Shown: positions 39,350 through 53,163 of the stretch, piece after piece | Position numbering within the stretch: the first letter of the stretch is position 1 | Layout: each line of letters begins with the position of its first letter | Assembly: GCF_018350175.1 (NCBI RefSeq) | Contig: NC_058368.1 | Span: 66,156,001 to 66,220,000, forward strand | From: Felis catus | Lineage: Eukaryota | Length of the DNA: 64,000 nucleotides | Reading direction: 5' to 3' | Notes under the pieces: generated by a model | Databases searched by the model: none | What the model was told of the DNA's origin: nothing | Seen by the model: only the letters and a program-made list of their open reading frames with translations | Position numbers and translations under genes: made by a program

Positions 39350-39960
39350 TCCGCTGGATGAACTTCCTCTTTCCTCCCACAGCCCTGCTCCTCCTTTCCC
39401 TTATCTCCAGTTTTCTTTTAATGGCCACACCACCCTTCTAATAACTCAGCCAGAAATCTAGGTACCATCTGGCTTCTCTCTCCTTCTCTCCTAAATATTG
39501 TTGAGCATGACAAGCTATAGATTCTACCATATAAATATTTCAGATTGCCCTGTTCCTTTTCCACTGTTTTCATCTGAGCCATCATTAATCCTCACATACA
39601 TAATAATGCCTTGCTCTCTGCCTCCAGCCTTGCCTCCTTCTAAAACTTCAAAGAGCCTAATGCTAACATTCAAGCTTTAGCAAATGCGGGTCTCCAGGTG
39701 GAAAGAATTTAATTCAGTGCAGGCAGTGGGGTGAATTTGACTTGAATAAATACCCTCCTGAGATACCAGTGCAGGTCAGATCTGGAATCTGACCTAAACC
39801 ATTCTCTACTGTCAAAGGTTCATCACTCATGTGACTTCTCTGCTTCAAACTGGTTAGTGACTCACTTTCACTTTTGGGATAAAGTCCAAAGTTTCTTACC
39901 GTGAACACTTGCCATCTGCCCTCTGCCACCCATGTCTTCTGCTTTGTACCTGCAACCCCT
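39350..39960 (+). mobile_element. Degraded L2
   Basis: ctcagccagaaatctagg...tcatgtgacttctctgcttcaaa...gggataaagtccaaag. Confidence 0.6.
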
Positions 39961-41094
39961 GCTTTGTACCTGTAGACATACTGGAGCCCGGAGGACTAGA
40001 GGGAAGAGAGACAAGGAAGGGACTTATTGTTTATTGAAAACATGCTTAGCAGTAGCTCATTCCATCTCCATAGGTTTTACCATCACCATTTAAAGGATGT
40101 GAATTTATAAGCCCTAAGAAGTATAGTAGCATGCATAAGCCACTTGGGCAGTGATGGAGTTGGGAATAAACCCCAGATAGCCAAACATCAGGACATGTGT
40201 GATTTTTTCCACATTCCTACCACGAGATACACTTCTGAAACACAGGTGATGCCAAACTACATGCTATGGCAGTTATGGCCAAATGAAACAGGGTAGCCCT
40301 AAGTAAGACAGGGAGAAACAGGGCATGTTCTAACATTGCTGCGAATGGATGAGAAGCCAGAGAAGAGATCTGGGGAGCAATGGTCATGATGCAAGGATAC
40401 TTGTTGAGCAGATACTTCGGGAAGATCACGCATGTCAGAGAACAAGGTATTGATCTAGATATACATGTGGATGTGGATATACGTCCTGCGGGTGCTGCAT
40501 ATGTGATCCAGCGGGTACACCTGTAGGGTAGCAACAGTAATCACAGTCTTGTGGTGTCTACCTAGCCATACCCAGGCCCTGAATGTCCCAGTACTGAGGT
40601 TACACCTTGGTGACAAAAGTTCAGGCGTCTTCTCCGTTGCTACAAAGTCTCCACTTTATCAGGCTACTCAAATCATATTTGCTCCGGGACAGATTGGTGC
40701 GGTACTCAGTGTCAATGCCAAGTGATTTGACCAAAGCAATGTGTATGCCTATTTATATTCAGACCCATGCCCAGAAGCTCCCAGAGGTGTGATAGAGTGT
40801 TGCTTTTCAAATGGACATAAAATATGCATGGTTCTCATATTAGCTACTGCATATTTTTCTGCCGCCTATCACTGATTGATAGGCATGGGTCCAAGTAATT
40901 AGGAGAACACCGGGGCAAGAGACTATGGTTAGCATTTCATATCCTCAGATTAGTGAGATCTTTTCCAGGCCTTAGTTAAATCAGTTTTATTCAATTCACC
41001 TCTAAAAAACTGCCTACCTTGATTGTCTACTAAGTGCAGGAAACTGTGCTGACATGTCTGGAGCAGGCATGAATATAAGGCAGTAGTCAGAAAG

Positions 41095-41345
41095 ACTGAA
41101 GAGTGTAATGGCTAAGCAAACTCAACAAAAGATCATGAGGCTGGACTCCTGCGTTGAATCTCAGTTCTGCCCCTCTCTAAATGTGTGACTTTGAGCAAGT
41201 TTTTGTTTTTTTCTCCTTCCTGGCCTCAGCCTCCTCATCTGTAAAATGGAAATTTGTCCCTTCTTCCTAGGATTTTTTAAAGGATTAAATGAGTTACTGT
41301 CTGTAAAACTGTAATGATAATTCCAACCTTCAAGGCATTTATTGT
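41095..41345 (+). mobile_element. MIR SINE
   Basis: tgtgtgactttgagcaag...gcctcagcctcctcatctgtaaaatgg...aggattaaatgag. Confidence 0.85.
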
Positions 41346-41599
41346 CTAGTGAGGGACATAAGCTCAAAGGAAGGTAAAATACACCACAGCTCTGGGAATC
41401 TGGAGAAGAAAGAGAATGCCTGCAAGAGAGAGCTGAACCAGAGGAAGCTTCAAGAAGGAGGCTCAAGCTCAGTTGGTTTGGAGGAGGGAGAGCGGGTGAT
41501 GGGAGTAGTCGTAGGGGAAATCTCCAGTTACAAAGAATGGAAGGGCAGTGGAGAACTTGGAGATGGAAAGGAAACCAGGAAAAAAAAAAAAAAGTCTGA

Positions 41600-41980
41600 G
41601 GCTGGGAACCAAGTTGAAGCCCCATTGTGGAGGCTTAGAGGCATTGCCTAGTACCCCAGCAGTGAGACCATTGAAAGATTTGAGGAAGCGACTTTTCTGA
41701 CCAGTTCTGTGACTTAGGAAGATCCCCCCAAGAGCAATGTACACGCTAAATTGGAAACTGGAAGCAGGAAGACCGCAGGCAGAGGTGTCCTGTTAACCAG
41801 GGGAGACACGAGTGAGCTGTGGCTAGTGTAAAGATAGTTGAAATGGAAAAGAGGTGTGAAAGAGGTTACAGAGTTGGACTGCATGTGGAGGGGCAGGAAA
41901 GGCAGAGTCTGAGATGACTGAGGGTTCAAGCCTAGGAGGCTGGGAAGATGGGAATTATCAAGGGGATCCATGATGTGAGA
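41600..41980 (-). mobile_element. Degraded L2
   Basis: gagaccattgaaagatttgagg...agagtctgagatgact...agcctaggaggctgggaagatgg. Confidence 0.55.
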
Positions 41981-43844
41981 AGGCTAGCACCCCATTCCCC
42001 ACTGCCTGGCAATACTGAATCTTCTCCCAAAATCCTAAAGGCAGCTGGCCAGTTTGCTAATGGGCAGTAAACCTGACTTTGCACCAAATATTAGGGCTTG
42101 CTTAACATTTTTGCCTCATAACGTTTGAGAAATTATGATAGAATACATATCCTATAATAACAAAATTATCAAAACCTTTTTCTGTGCTCCAAATACTAAC
42201 TGTGAATCAGTGTTCAAAAACAATCTTAATAAATTGTTTCAGATGTTACTAGGAAGGATATTTCTGGACTGTCAATTAGACACAATCATAGTTTGAGTTG
42301 AATAATTACCCTTTCTTGTATGTATTTTGATGATATGTTCTTTTTTTAAAAAAAAAAAAAGCAGACTAATTCGCAAAAAAAAAAAAAAGATAGCTCACAT
42401 GCCATTAACTCCTTTAAAGAGAAAACAATTCATAAATGAAATGCACAATTTAAAAGCAATTTAGAAAAACATTCCCAAGGGTAAACATTCAAAATATAGG
42501 CTAACTTTCAACAAATTGGGGGTAGAGACAGGAGACAAAGGAAGATGAGTAAGGAGGGAGAAGAAAGACAGGAAAGGGTACCAAGGAAGTGGGAATACAT
42601 AGGGTATTTTGTGGAGAACAGGAAGACAAAATAAGAGAGAGGAAGTGAAGACAGTCTCCAGGAGTGGCAAAATTTCCCCAACAGATTGTCTCATCTGGAT
42701 GCACACATTCATCTGAAATGTTTTCACTCTCATTCTTTTCTTTCCATTCACATCACAGTTTCTCATCACTCTACCCCTGAATTAATAGATGTCCCTTTGC
42801 AGGTTCCCTGCCCCTCTTCTTGCTCCACTGTGGTCACATTCATCTCCCCTCAATAGCTGTCAGCCCAATTCTGCTTTCCCAAATCCACAGCCTGCCTTCC
42901 ACACGGGTTTAATCAAGGCAAGGCTCTTAGAATCCTTCAAGAACCTGACCCCTTGCACTTCCACCCATGGGTGACAGGTGAGATGTTGGTGAAGACCACA
43001 CATGGAGTTTGACAGGTCTGGGTCAATATCTGGTGCAGCCATGTGCTGATACCATCTTGACCATCTCTGTTAACTCGTGAACAAAGCAAGGATAATGACA
43101 AGTCTTGGTGCATGGTAGCTATCACCTGCATTCGTGTCTTCATCCTTATTCCCTAATATTATTTCACCCTAATCTGTACCATCCAGATATTCCCCATCGG
43201 GGCCCCACAACTCTTGCTCCCTCCCACCTGCAACCGTGCTAATGCTCCCCCCGCCCCCGTAATGTATACAAAGGGAGACATCTATGCTGATAGCCACTCA
43301 CCTGGGTGGAGATAACAAAGAGTAACAAAACATTAGCTCCTGGGTTTTGGAGTCAGATGGATCTGGATAAGGATGCTACGACAACTCTTTCCTAGCTGTG
43401 GGACTGTAGACACAGTACTCATTCTTTCCTACCCACCTTTTCCTTACTGGTTAAAAAGGACTATGTGAGAATTATTTAGGTAATATATATTAATATGTCT
43501 GGTACAGGGTCAGTGCTTAATGGTCACCAGTATTAATTTTAAAAAGTGAGTAATAATGTGTTCGGAGGTCCTCTGAGAAGTATTCTCTGGCAAATCCTGT
43601 CCGTTTTATACCAATGTCTCCAATTCGAAGACTTGGTGTGCTGGTTATACATTATAACTGTATATGCTATCCTATGTCTAATCCAGGGTCCTAGGCAAGT
43701 TGGTGCTTTATGACACTTTAGGCAGTATAGATTTAAATAATAATCTCATTCATTAATTAATTTTTAGGTATATGCCTTATGGTCTTATGCCCTCTAATGG
43801 TCTGCAAGTTACAGAGAGGCAGGAAGTAAAGCCTATATAAGCAT

Positions 43845-44009
43845 CAGGGTTGGCTACCTAATTTTGGAGGCCCAGAGCAAAATGAAAATGTAGAGCCCCT
43901 TGTTCAAGCAATTATTAAGAATTGTAAGATGCTGACAAAAGAGCTTTTAAAGCAAGCATGAGGCACTGCTAACTACTGGACAACTTGCATGCCCATGAAA
44001 CTAGCCCTG
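43845..44009 (-). mobile_element. MER45A (hAT-Tip100) MITE
   Basis: CAGGG...CCCTG ends, gcaaaatgaaaatg...gccccttgttcaa core; 8-bp TSD ataagcat / ataagccc. Confidence 0.85.
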
Positions 44010-44240
44010 ATAAGCCCAGACCCTAGCAAAGGGTTAGATAACTAGTTGACTTTCAGCAAACACTTATTGATTCATTAATTAAAACGTGTATGTCCTCATC
44101 CAGGCAAGATCTTCACAGCCAATATACCCCAATATCCCAATATATATATGGGATTCAAAACTGTAACCAACCTAGAAGCAAAACTAAACCCCATAATTTT
44201 TTTTTCATGTTGTAACATTGGTTTACAAATGTTTCATATT

Positions 44241-44438
44241 GGGGCGCCTGGGTCCCTCAGTCATTTAAGCATGCAACCCTTGATTTCAGCTCAGGTCGTG
44301 ATCTCAGGGTTTGTGAGATTGAGCCTGCGTCTGGCTCTGAGCTGACAGTGCGGAGCCTGCTTGGGATTCTCTCTCCCTCTCTCTCTTCCCCTCCCCCACT
44401 GTCTCTCTCAAAATAAAATAAAAATAAACTTTAAAAAA
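44241..44438 (+). mobile_element. Can-SINE
   Basis: Head and tail; flanking aaatgtttc. Confidence 0.93.
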
Positions 44439-44883
44439 ATGTTTCCTTTCAACAAATCAGTATAACAACAGACCTCTTTCCAGATGAGCTCAATTGATAT
44501 TCTCTACTTTTCAGACTTAAGTTCTTCCTATTTTAAGGTGACCAGTACTCTAATAAGTTATTTCATTCTCTACCAGAAAGCATTGATTTATTTCACTGAG
44601 TCGCTGTCCCCCTTGAGTCCTTTGGGCTTACGACAGGTGCAGCTGATCAGTTAAGATGTTTGTTTAAGGTGTTTCCTTGGGGAATCGTTTTATTAAATGC
44701 TAAGTTCCCATTTCTACCACACATTTTATAAGCTGTTTTACTCTCCCAGGCACAGGGTCCTTATTCTTTTCTTCTTTCAAGTCATGATTCAAAGAGTAAA
44801 GAGAAAAATCAAATAAAACAGATGCATACAGAGCCATCTGTATGCTCTTCCCTGGAAAACAGAGCATTTAAAAAGTCTTTTTA

Positions 44884-45054
44884 GGGGCGCCTGGGTGGCT
44901 CAGTTGGTTAAGCATCTAATTTGGCTCAGGTCATGATTTCATGGTTGGTGAGTTTGAGCCCCACATCGGGCTCTGTGCTGACAGCTCAGATCCTGGATCC
45001 TGCTTCGGATTCTGTGTCTTCCTTTCTCTCTGCCCCTCCCCAACTCGTGCTCAC

Positions 45055-45100
<46 letters not shown>

Positions 45101-45138
45101 ATGAATAAACATTTAAACATAAATAAATGAAATTTAAA
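44884..45138 (+). mobile_element. Can-SINE (left arm of inverted pair)
   Basis: Head and tail; TSD aaaaagtctt(t/c)tta. Confidence 0.95.
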
Positions 45139-45168
45139 AAAGTCTTCTTAGCTTTACACTTATTTTTA

Positions 45169-45390
45169 TTTATTTTTTTTTTATTTTTTTTAATGTTTAT
45201 TTATTTTTGAGACAGAGAGAGAGCGTGAATGAAGGAGGGTCAGAGAGAGAGGGAGACACAGAATCTGAAGCAGGCTCCAGGCTCTGAGCTGTCAGCACAG
45301 AGCCCAATGCGGGGCTCGAACTCACGGACCGTGAGATCATGACCTGAGCCGAAGTCGGATGCTTAACCGACTGAGCCACCCAGGCGTCCC
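45169..45390 (-). mobile_element. Can-SINE (right arm of inverted pair)
   Basis: Perfect 14-bp TSD tacacttattttta (45155-45168, 45391-45404). Confidence 0.95.
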
Positions 45391-45745
45391 TACACTTATT
45401 TTTAATCTTTGTGTTTCCAACCACTAATAGTAGATTGGTGTATATCATGGATTTTAACAGACCCAGTTAACTTCTTTCACTTGCAAGGTTTATGGTTAAG
45501 AGTTTTAAAGTACCGTTGCCATGTACATGTTTCATTGGCATCTTTACATATATTTTTCATAAGATTTAGTGTTTGCTGTAAACACCATCCACCTTCCTGG
45601 ACACCTGTGTCCCAGAGCCCATCAGATCGATATTAGGTCAGCCACCTGGAGACGGACTGTGATAGAGCAGAGACGAAGACACATACGGATGATAGCTTCT
45701 CACTGAGAGCATCGGCACTATTTAAGGGCCAGAGTTGAAGACTAG

Positions 45746-46300
45746 TGTGTCAGCTAGAGCACTCCCCACCTCAGGTTAGAAAACCCAACTCAAAAAAGCT
45801 TTAATAATGAGGAAAATTTATCGTGTCTCAAAACTGAGAAGTCAAGGGGAAAGCCTCAGTCAATGGTTCATCAGTGTCACACACTCCATCACTCCATCTC
45901 TGGAGTGCAAGTATCACTCCATCTCTGCCCGAGCTTCTGTGAAGTGACTTCTCCCCCAGGCTGGCTTCCATTGTGGTTGTAAGATGGCTGCCAGCTGTAA
46001 CTGAGACTGACTGTTTCCTTGTTCATGTCCAGCGGGAGAGTTTTGCTAAATCGCTTCTACAGAATCAATCATCTGCTTTACCAGGATTCCTTGGCGCATG
46101 TTTCTTCACATCTCTTGGACTCAAAGTGGGCCTGTGCCTAGCCCTGTGGCTTGCTCTGTGGCCCAGGGCTGAGGTGTGTGGGCTGAGTCATACCGGTCAG
46201 AGCACACCCCTGTGGGCTGGAGAGTCAGTCCCTACAAACTGCTCTGCCCAGAAGGCCTTATGGTTAGTAAGGGAACGGAGCGAGCAAAGAGAAGGTGGAC
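45746..46300 (-). mobile_element. Old MLT1 (MaLR) LTR
   Basis: agaaaacccaactcaaaaaagctttaataatgaggaaaatttat...aactgagaagtc resembles antisense MLT1K/L 3' end. Confidence 0.6.
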
Positions 46301-46869
46301 ACGATCTCTAGTTTCTCTTTGGAATCATCTACTTGGATATGAAGAAATTAGTAATTGAGGAGCTCGGGTTGCAATTTTATTACATCCATTATTCTCTGTT
46401 GTGTTCTTCTACCTTTTTAGTTAGACAGCTGGACATTGAGCACTATGTTGTAATTATTTGCTCAAGAAGTAGTTTCATTTTATGGATAGTTTAAGTTAAA
46501 TCCAGTACTAACCTCACCCATGTTTAATTCTCTTCGGCATGGCGCAAACACGGACAATAAATAGGGTTATATGTGAAGGTACAGAAACCAGAGTGGTGTA
46601 AGAAGGAGCCTCATTCACCTCGGTTGGCTTCTCTCAGGGTGAATTAACTCACCACCAAGCTCATTTCTGAGGTAAGAGTTCTTCAAAAGCTCTCCTTCTC
46701 TTCTCAATAAGAAATTAACTCAAAGTAATCAGAATTGTTAAAATATTCTTTTCACTACATGTTCACGACTTCACTAAGGCTACTGTAGACTCATTATTGT
46801 GCGAGTATTTGTGGGAGGTATCAGCCTTCCTTTGTGCTAGCCTCTTTTCATTTTGTTAACTTTCTCTTA

Positions 46870-47212
46870 TGAGACTTTTCAATGATACACAGAATAGAAC
46901 AGTATATAGTGGATTCCCATGTTCTTATTTTCCGATTTCAATAGTTACATTTGGGCAATCTTTTTTCATCCCTATCCTCCTATTTCCTTCCACCCCCACC
47001 TTCCGTACTCCCAGCAGGATTATTTTCAAATTAATCTTGGACATTATATCATGTCATCCTTAAATAATAGGTTTCTTTAGGAAATACAAACTCATTTTTA
47101 TTCTTTTTACAAACTCTTTTTTTAAATATAACCGAAGTACCATCATCATAACTAAAAAAAAAAAATTATTTGAGCAATCCTTTAGATTCAATCTAATCCA
47201 CAGTGTTCAAAG
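46870..47212 (-). mobile_element. Old L1MC/ME 3' fragment
   Basis: agaatagaacagtatatagtg...cattatatcatgtcatccttaaata...taccatcatcata...cagtgttcaaa. Confidence 0.55.
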
Positions 47213-48096
47213 TTTGTGGGAGGTGTGTTTTTAAGTAGCTTTATTCCCTACATTTGATTTGATAATCTAGTTCAAAGGTGTAAGAATTACATGCACAGAA
47301 GGAGTCGAAAAGTTGCAACCTAATCAAGCACTAGATTGTGGAGTGTCAACCTTACTACGCTGCAGACTCTGAGCAAAGCTAGGTGTTTGAACAGTTTTAC
47401 TGGAAAAAAATGTCAGGGCCATGGTGCAGCTTGAGATGAGCCTTGGGAAGCGTTGCAGAATTTTAATTTTCTTAAAAGCCGGGGACAGGATTTCAGACAA
47501 TCAGGCCCAGTGTAGATGACTAGATTAAAATGAGAATAAGAGTGCAGTGTGTAGAGAGGATGGTGGAGAGTGAGCTGATGTGTGTGATCAAGTGGGGCGC
47601 AATCACGGTCCTTAAATTTGCAGAAAATGCATTAGCTCTTTTCTGTGAGATGCTACCAAAAGTGCAGAGAATCAAGGGGAGGAAGAACAAATGCTTTGAA
47701 GATGTTTGTTGACTGGCCACCGACCAGGTTGGAGGTTTAACTCCATGACATACCAGCAATGTGACCTAGGACAAAAGCGTAACAGCTCTGAAAACTCATT
47801 TTTCTTATTGGTGAAATCATATCATGAATTCCTGCTCTTCTATCACATGGGGACTTTTCCAAGATCCATGGAGATAATGTCATTAGTCCTTTGTTATTTG
47901 CAAAGCACGTAAGGTGCTTAAGATCAGGATAGTACTTTATAGTTGGTAAATTACTTCCAGATTCATCACCTTGTTTTTCTGTTGTTGTATCCAGTGAGGT
48001 AGGTCTCATTACCCCAATTTCCAAATGAGAAAACTCAGGCCTCGAGTGTTATTTGCCACTGTTACACACAAGTTGTAATTGAAAGGCATGGTTACT

Positions 48097-48299
48097 GGGG
48101 CGCCTGGGTGACTCAGTCAGTTGAGCGTCCGTCCTCGGCTCAGGTCATGATCTCTTGGTCCGTGAGTTCGAGCCCCACGTTGGGCTCTGTGCTGACAGCT
48201 CAGAGCCTGGAGCCTGCTTCGGATTCTGTGTCTCCCTCTCTCTGACCCTCCCCCGTTCATGCTCTGTCTCTCTCTGTCTCAAAAATAAACAAACATTAA
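48097..48299 (+). mobile_element. Can-SINE
   Basis: TSD gaaaggcatggttact / gaaaggtattgttact. Confidence 0.95.
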
Positions 48300-50475
48300 G
48301 AAAGGTATTGTTACTGTTATTCCTATATGATTAAAAAAAAAAAATTGTAGGGTAAGCAGGATACTGACGGACATTTCCACAGTAGGAAAGTGTAATAGGC
48401 CATAAAGTACCCACATGAAAATCCCATCCATTTAATCCCATCCCTGATGGAGGGATTGCAAATGGCTATTGATGCAAAAATGAGTCCCATGGATCTACTG
48501 CTCTTTTCTACTTGAGATAATAATTTGGGTGGTTTCTACAATGATAGAAAAGATAGCAGGGATAAAGGAACTTAAAGGAATCTCATGAGAACTATGATCT
48601 CTCCCTCTGTTGTCTATGGACAGACCAGAATTCTTCAATATGAGAGGTGTAGATATAGGTAATGAAAACTCATTATTTTAAAAAATAATCATGGGTTGCT
48701 GGGTATATAATGAAACTTCGATTTTTTTAAATTGTACACAGTGGGATTTAATAATGGCTATTCTAATAGAAATAGGATTTAGAGCTTAACTAAACTGACA
48801 CCTGCATTTCAAAATTATATCCATGCATCGATCTGGTCATTCTAGGTATTCTGTAGTACTACAGAGCTAGCATTTTTCACTGTTCTTTACACAACTAACC
48901 CCCAGCTGTTTGCATCTTAACAGTAGTTTATTTGAGCAAAATTATATATGAAACGAGAATAATAGAATCTTGTTATAGGGAGATAGTAGCAACTTGTTTG
49001 ATCCAATCATCTTTTATTCTTAATTTTCCTCCATGGGATATAATTGGACTCCCCAAAGTAAATTTACAGATACACATTTTATGTACATCAATGTATTCGT
49101 ATATATTGAAGAGATTTCCAGGAGAAAGTATTTCCTTTGTCTCTAAGTGGAAGCTTTAAAAAAGGTAGGGCCATGTTAAATTTTTTCTACTAATTGATTC
49201 TTGGCCACTTTGCACCCTATGACCTATGCAAGCAAATGTGATGTAGATGTGACACCTGCCTGTTGATAATGGCATCCCTGCCTGATTTGTGGCACCAGAT
49301 AATGGAGGAGCCCTTGGTTATAGTCTTCCCATGCCAAAATTTGTGATTTCACACTTCATAATGCAAGAGTATTACTTTAAAATGCATTAAACTTCTAAAG
49401 ATAGCAAATAGCCTTTTGGATAATGCATTTTAAATAGACTCTGAATTCAGAATTTTTAAAAATGTTCATTTTGTAGGACATCATAATAGCTTTTATAACA
49501 TATTGCACCCTGTTGATATGCCCTACCCTTTCTCCTAGGCTTTCCCTTCTTTGGAAGAAGAAATTAGCACTGTAGTTGCAAACCTGTTTATGTTGCAACC
49601 TGATCCTGGCTTACACTCTCAATAATAGGCCTGTTTCTCATTCTTTTTTATTTTTAGAAGTCATATCGCTGTCAGTAGAACTGATTGGATATTGTTCAAT
49701 ACGGAGAGGTCTTATAAATAGCTTTCCTGGCTAAAAACTGAACATGGATCTTTCAAATCAGCCCCCCCCATCCCCCAATACATTATAGCTATTTGTTTTG
49801 TGATCTTTTTTATTAGAGAAGATGGCAGTACATTCTGACATAAATCATCACTCATATTAATACAATACGTACTTTAATCTCCATGGAAGCATTAAGCTGT
49901 AGTACACTTGTTCAAAGAATACAGACATCCAAAGGACAGACAATAAATATTTGAAGGCTGAAAACACTTAGTTCTAAGTTTTCATTAAATATGTATTTAG
50001 TCCAAATGCATTAATATTCTGTAACCAGTTTTAAGACTTAATTATGAATTATCTACAGTGATCAAAGTTATTTTGGTAAAGTTGGGCTCTCAGTTTCAAG
50101 TGCTAAATGGAATAAAATGAGCGTGAACTTAATGGATTAATAAATTAAATCATCAATTTGGAAATTGCTATCTACTTCTTAATAAAATCTAGATTTCATC
50201 TCTTTATCAAGAGTTTTGTAAAATTATACTCTACATTTTTCCCATTTATATATCAACCAAATTTAAGATAGTTAATAATGTTATGGAAGTTTGGATTCTT
50301 TCCAAATTTGGTTCATTTAATTTGTGACAACGGATGGCCCAAAATGTTTTAAAAATAAGGAATGGGAATATTTGGAAAATTTGCCTGGTTGCTTTTAGGA
50401 GAAAGCTATGTTTTTATGTTCATAACAGTGTTTGGGGAAGGAGAGAGAGAGAGGGAAACATTATTACAGTGAGGG

Positions 50476-50476
<1 letters not shown>

Positions 50477-50522
<46 letters not shown>

Positions 50523-50547
50523 CTCTCTCTGTCATACACACACACAC
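50477..50547. repeat. (CT)n then (CA)n microsatellite
   Basis: Visible runs. Confidence 0.95.
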
Positions 50548-51197
50548 GAAATTTCTGGTTTTGCTTTAGCTGAAGGATTCACTAAAGACGGGCAAGAAGA
50601 CGATTCCAAATCTCATTTTTCCACTCTACCTCAATAAGTTTAAATGGCAATTAGATGGTGAGAAATTATAAATACTACATTTAAATACATAAGAACTAAA
50701 TATAAGCCCTGTTAAATAATGTGTTCATCTTTTAAGCTCTAACATAGTGAGAACAATGAAAAGTGATATGCAATAAGGAAGCACTGAGAATAATAAAGTG
50801 CATGGAAGAAGGGTGGGACTTTGGGGCAGACAAATGTTGGGGAGGCAGGTGGGGATCCGGGCAGAGGGAAGAGAGTACACAAAGCACAGAGGTATGAGAG
50901 GGCCTGGATAACTTGAGAAAAGGCTAGAGCAAGTGTGAGGTGTGAGGAAGAGAGAAAAGGAGTGGGGACAGAGGAGCATCATTAGAGTTGCAGGGCTCTG
51001 TGCACTGCAAAAGCATTCTGTAGCCTACCTTCTGTCCAATGGTAGAGAGCCATTCAAGAATTTGAGAAAGGCAGTGCTGAACTTAATATTAATGCCATCA
51101 CCTGTTGAACACCTTTTATTTTACCATCAATTAGTCTCTATTCCACAACACTTTCACTTCTCACTATACAATAGCTTTAGAAAATTAAGTGCTTATT

Positions 51198-51648
51198 CAG
51201 GAGTACCCCATTATTTGTGGGGCTATGTTTCAAGACCCCCAGGGGATCCCTGAAACTGCAGATAGTACCGAACCCTAAATATACAGTGTTTTCCCCTAGA
51301 CATACATACCTATGGTGAAATTTAATTCATAAATTAGACACAGTAAGAGATGAACAACAATAATAATAAACTAGGGCAATTATAACAACATATTGTAATA
51401 AAAGTTATGTGACTGTGGTCTCTCTCTCTCTCACACCCAAAATATCTTATTGTACCATATTCTTGTGATGATGTGATGGGATCAAATGCCTACGTGGTAA
51501 GATAAAGTGAGGTGAATGATGTGAGATGGTATTCGGCTCCTACTGACCTTTTGACCCTACAAGAGGAGAATTATCTGCTTTAGGACTGCGGTTGACCGCT
51601 GGTCACTGAAATGGCAGAAAACGAAACCCTAGATAATGGGGACTACTG
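51198..51648. mobile_element. MER44-type (TcMar-Tigger) element
   Basis: Degenerate TIRs caggagtaccccattat / ataatggggactactg followed by TA; internal caagacccccagggg...ctgaaac and gcggttgaccgc. Confidence 0.85.
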
Positions 51649-52177
51649 TATTCAGTTATGATAAGTGTTTAAACATAACTTGGCTTCAAACCCTGCAGCC
51701 ACTTGCAAGGTAGGCATTATTATCACTAATTTCCATAGGATAGTCGAGCAATGAAGTGACTTGATCAAGACAACTCTTGGTAAGTGACAGAGACAAAATT
51801 TCTACCCGAGTCTCTCTGGCTCCAAACCGTGTCCTTTTCCCAGTACAGGACAGTGTCACTGTTACATTCCATAAATACAATTGTACTCCTTGTCTGTGCC
51901 AGACGCTGAATGGGAGGCACGTTATTCTCCGTTCTCTTAGATGTTTCATTTCCCTGTGTACCAACATGCTTCTGTGCAGATTTGCTGGAGATGAAGCAGG
52001 GGGAAGACAGTCTGAGAGACACTGTATGGGGTGGGACGGGGAGTGGCAATGTCAGGGGAGAGGAACCCAGAGCCGAAATGAAATTACATTCCCCCGATAG
52101 CTTTTTTAATACTGCCAAGTAGTGATAAGTTCTCAGCATGTTCTGGACCTAATTGATAAGCAAATCTTTTTGGACCA

Positions 52178-52588
52178 GAGCAGCATTATCACTTTCATGG
52201 TCCCTGGCACTTTTCCTGTGTGAGTTCTTTTCTCCATTAAAATACATATATGTAATATAGAATATATATTATGTATCATTGTATATAGCATATATAATAC
52301 TTTTCAACTGCATTGGAGTAAGACTGAATATAATCCAGGAGGAATTCATTATTATCTGTTCATTATTATGACATTCATTTTTTCCTTCTGATTTTAAAAG
52401 AAATTAAAGTTTTAAACCTTCTGCAGGTCCCAGTGCACCTGGGTGGCTCAGTCGGTTAAGCGTCTGACTCTTGATTTGGGCTCAGGTCATGATCTCACAG
52501 TCATGACGTGGAGCTCTGAGTCGGGCTCCACGGGGAGTGTGAGCCTGCTTAAGATTCTTTCTCTCTCTTCCTCTGCCCCTCTCCTCAA

Positions 52589-52620
<32 letters not shown>

Positions 52621-52708
52621 GTCTCTCTGTCTCTCTCAAAATAAACAAAACTTCTGTGGATCCTTAACGGTACTGTGGGACCTGAATCCTGTGGGTCAGT
52701 CAGCCCTG
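52178..52708. mobile_element. MER96B-like hAT element interrupted by a Can-SINE
   Basis: ttcatggtccctggcacttt...aagaaattaaa...tactgtgggacct...agtcagccctg. Confidence 0.55.
52432..52650 (+). mobile_element. Can-SINE, older subfamily
   Basis: gcacctgggtggctcagtcggttaagcgtctgactcttga head, CT tract, A tail. Confidence 0.92.
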
Positions 52709-52709
52709 C

Positions 52710-53045
52710 TGAAGACTGGAGTGTTAATCCATGGCTACATGGTAAAGGAATGCAGAGTTAATATCAGAAAGTGTCACCCTTCATGGGCAAAGGATAAAGG
52801 CCGCATCAGAGTCATTTCTATCCTTGAGACCAGCTTCCTAAGAGGCTTAAGCAGGTGGAAGCCACTTTCCATTAGCCTGCCCAGTAAGGATATATGGAGA
52901 GAATACGCTTCCTGAGATCCTAAGGAAGCCGAGCCCAGTGGGCAGAGACCACATGATTTCCCAAAAGAAAAAAAACCTTATGTCATTAAATCATACCATA
53001 GTTTTTTGGGGGTTACTATCAAATAAATATAGATAAATGGACCAG
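52710..53045 (+). mobile_element. MLT1 (MaLR) LTR fragment
   Basis: cctgagatcc...agcccag...ttaaatcataccatagttttttgggggttact...atagataa 3'-end pattern. Confidence 0.5.
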
Positions 53046-53113
53046 TATTAATTTTTTTTTAAAAAAAATATTACATGCCTAAAATGTCCCAAGCCATGTG
53101 CTAGCCTCTAGGA

Positions 53114-53163
53114 TATATAATATAATATAATATAATATAATATAATATAATATAATATAATAT
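53114..53163. repeat. (TATAA)n microsatellite
   Basis: About 9 direct units. Confidence 0.95.

Noticed and set aside
39938..39975. Short local direct repeats (ctgctttgtacctg twice; similar at 45888-45927 and 4425-4475)
   Set aside because: Ordinary slippage-type micro-duplications within old repeats or AT-rich sequence
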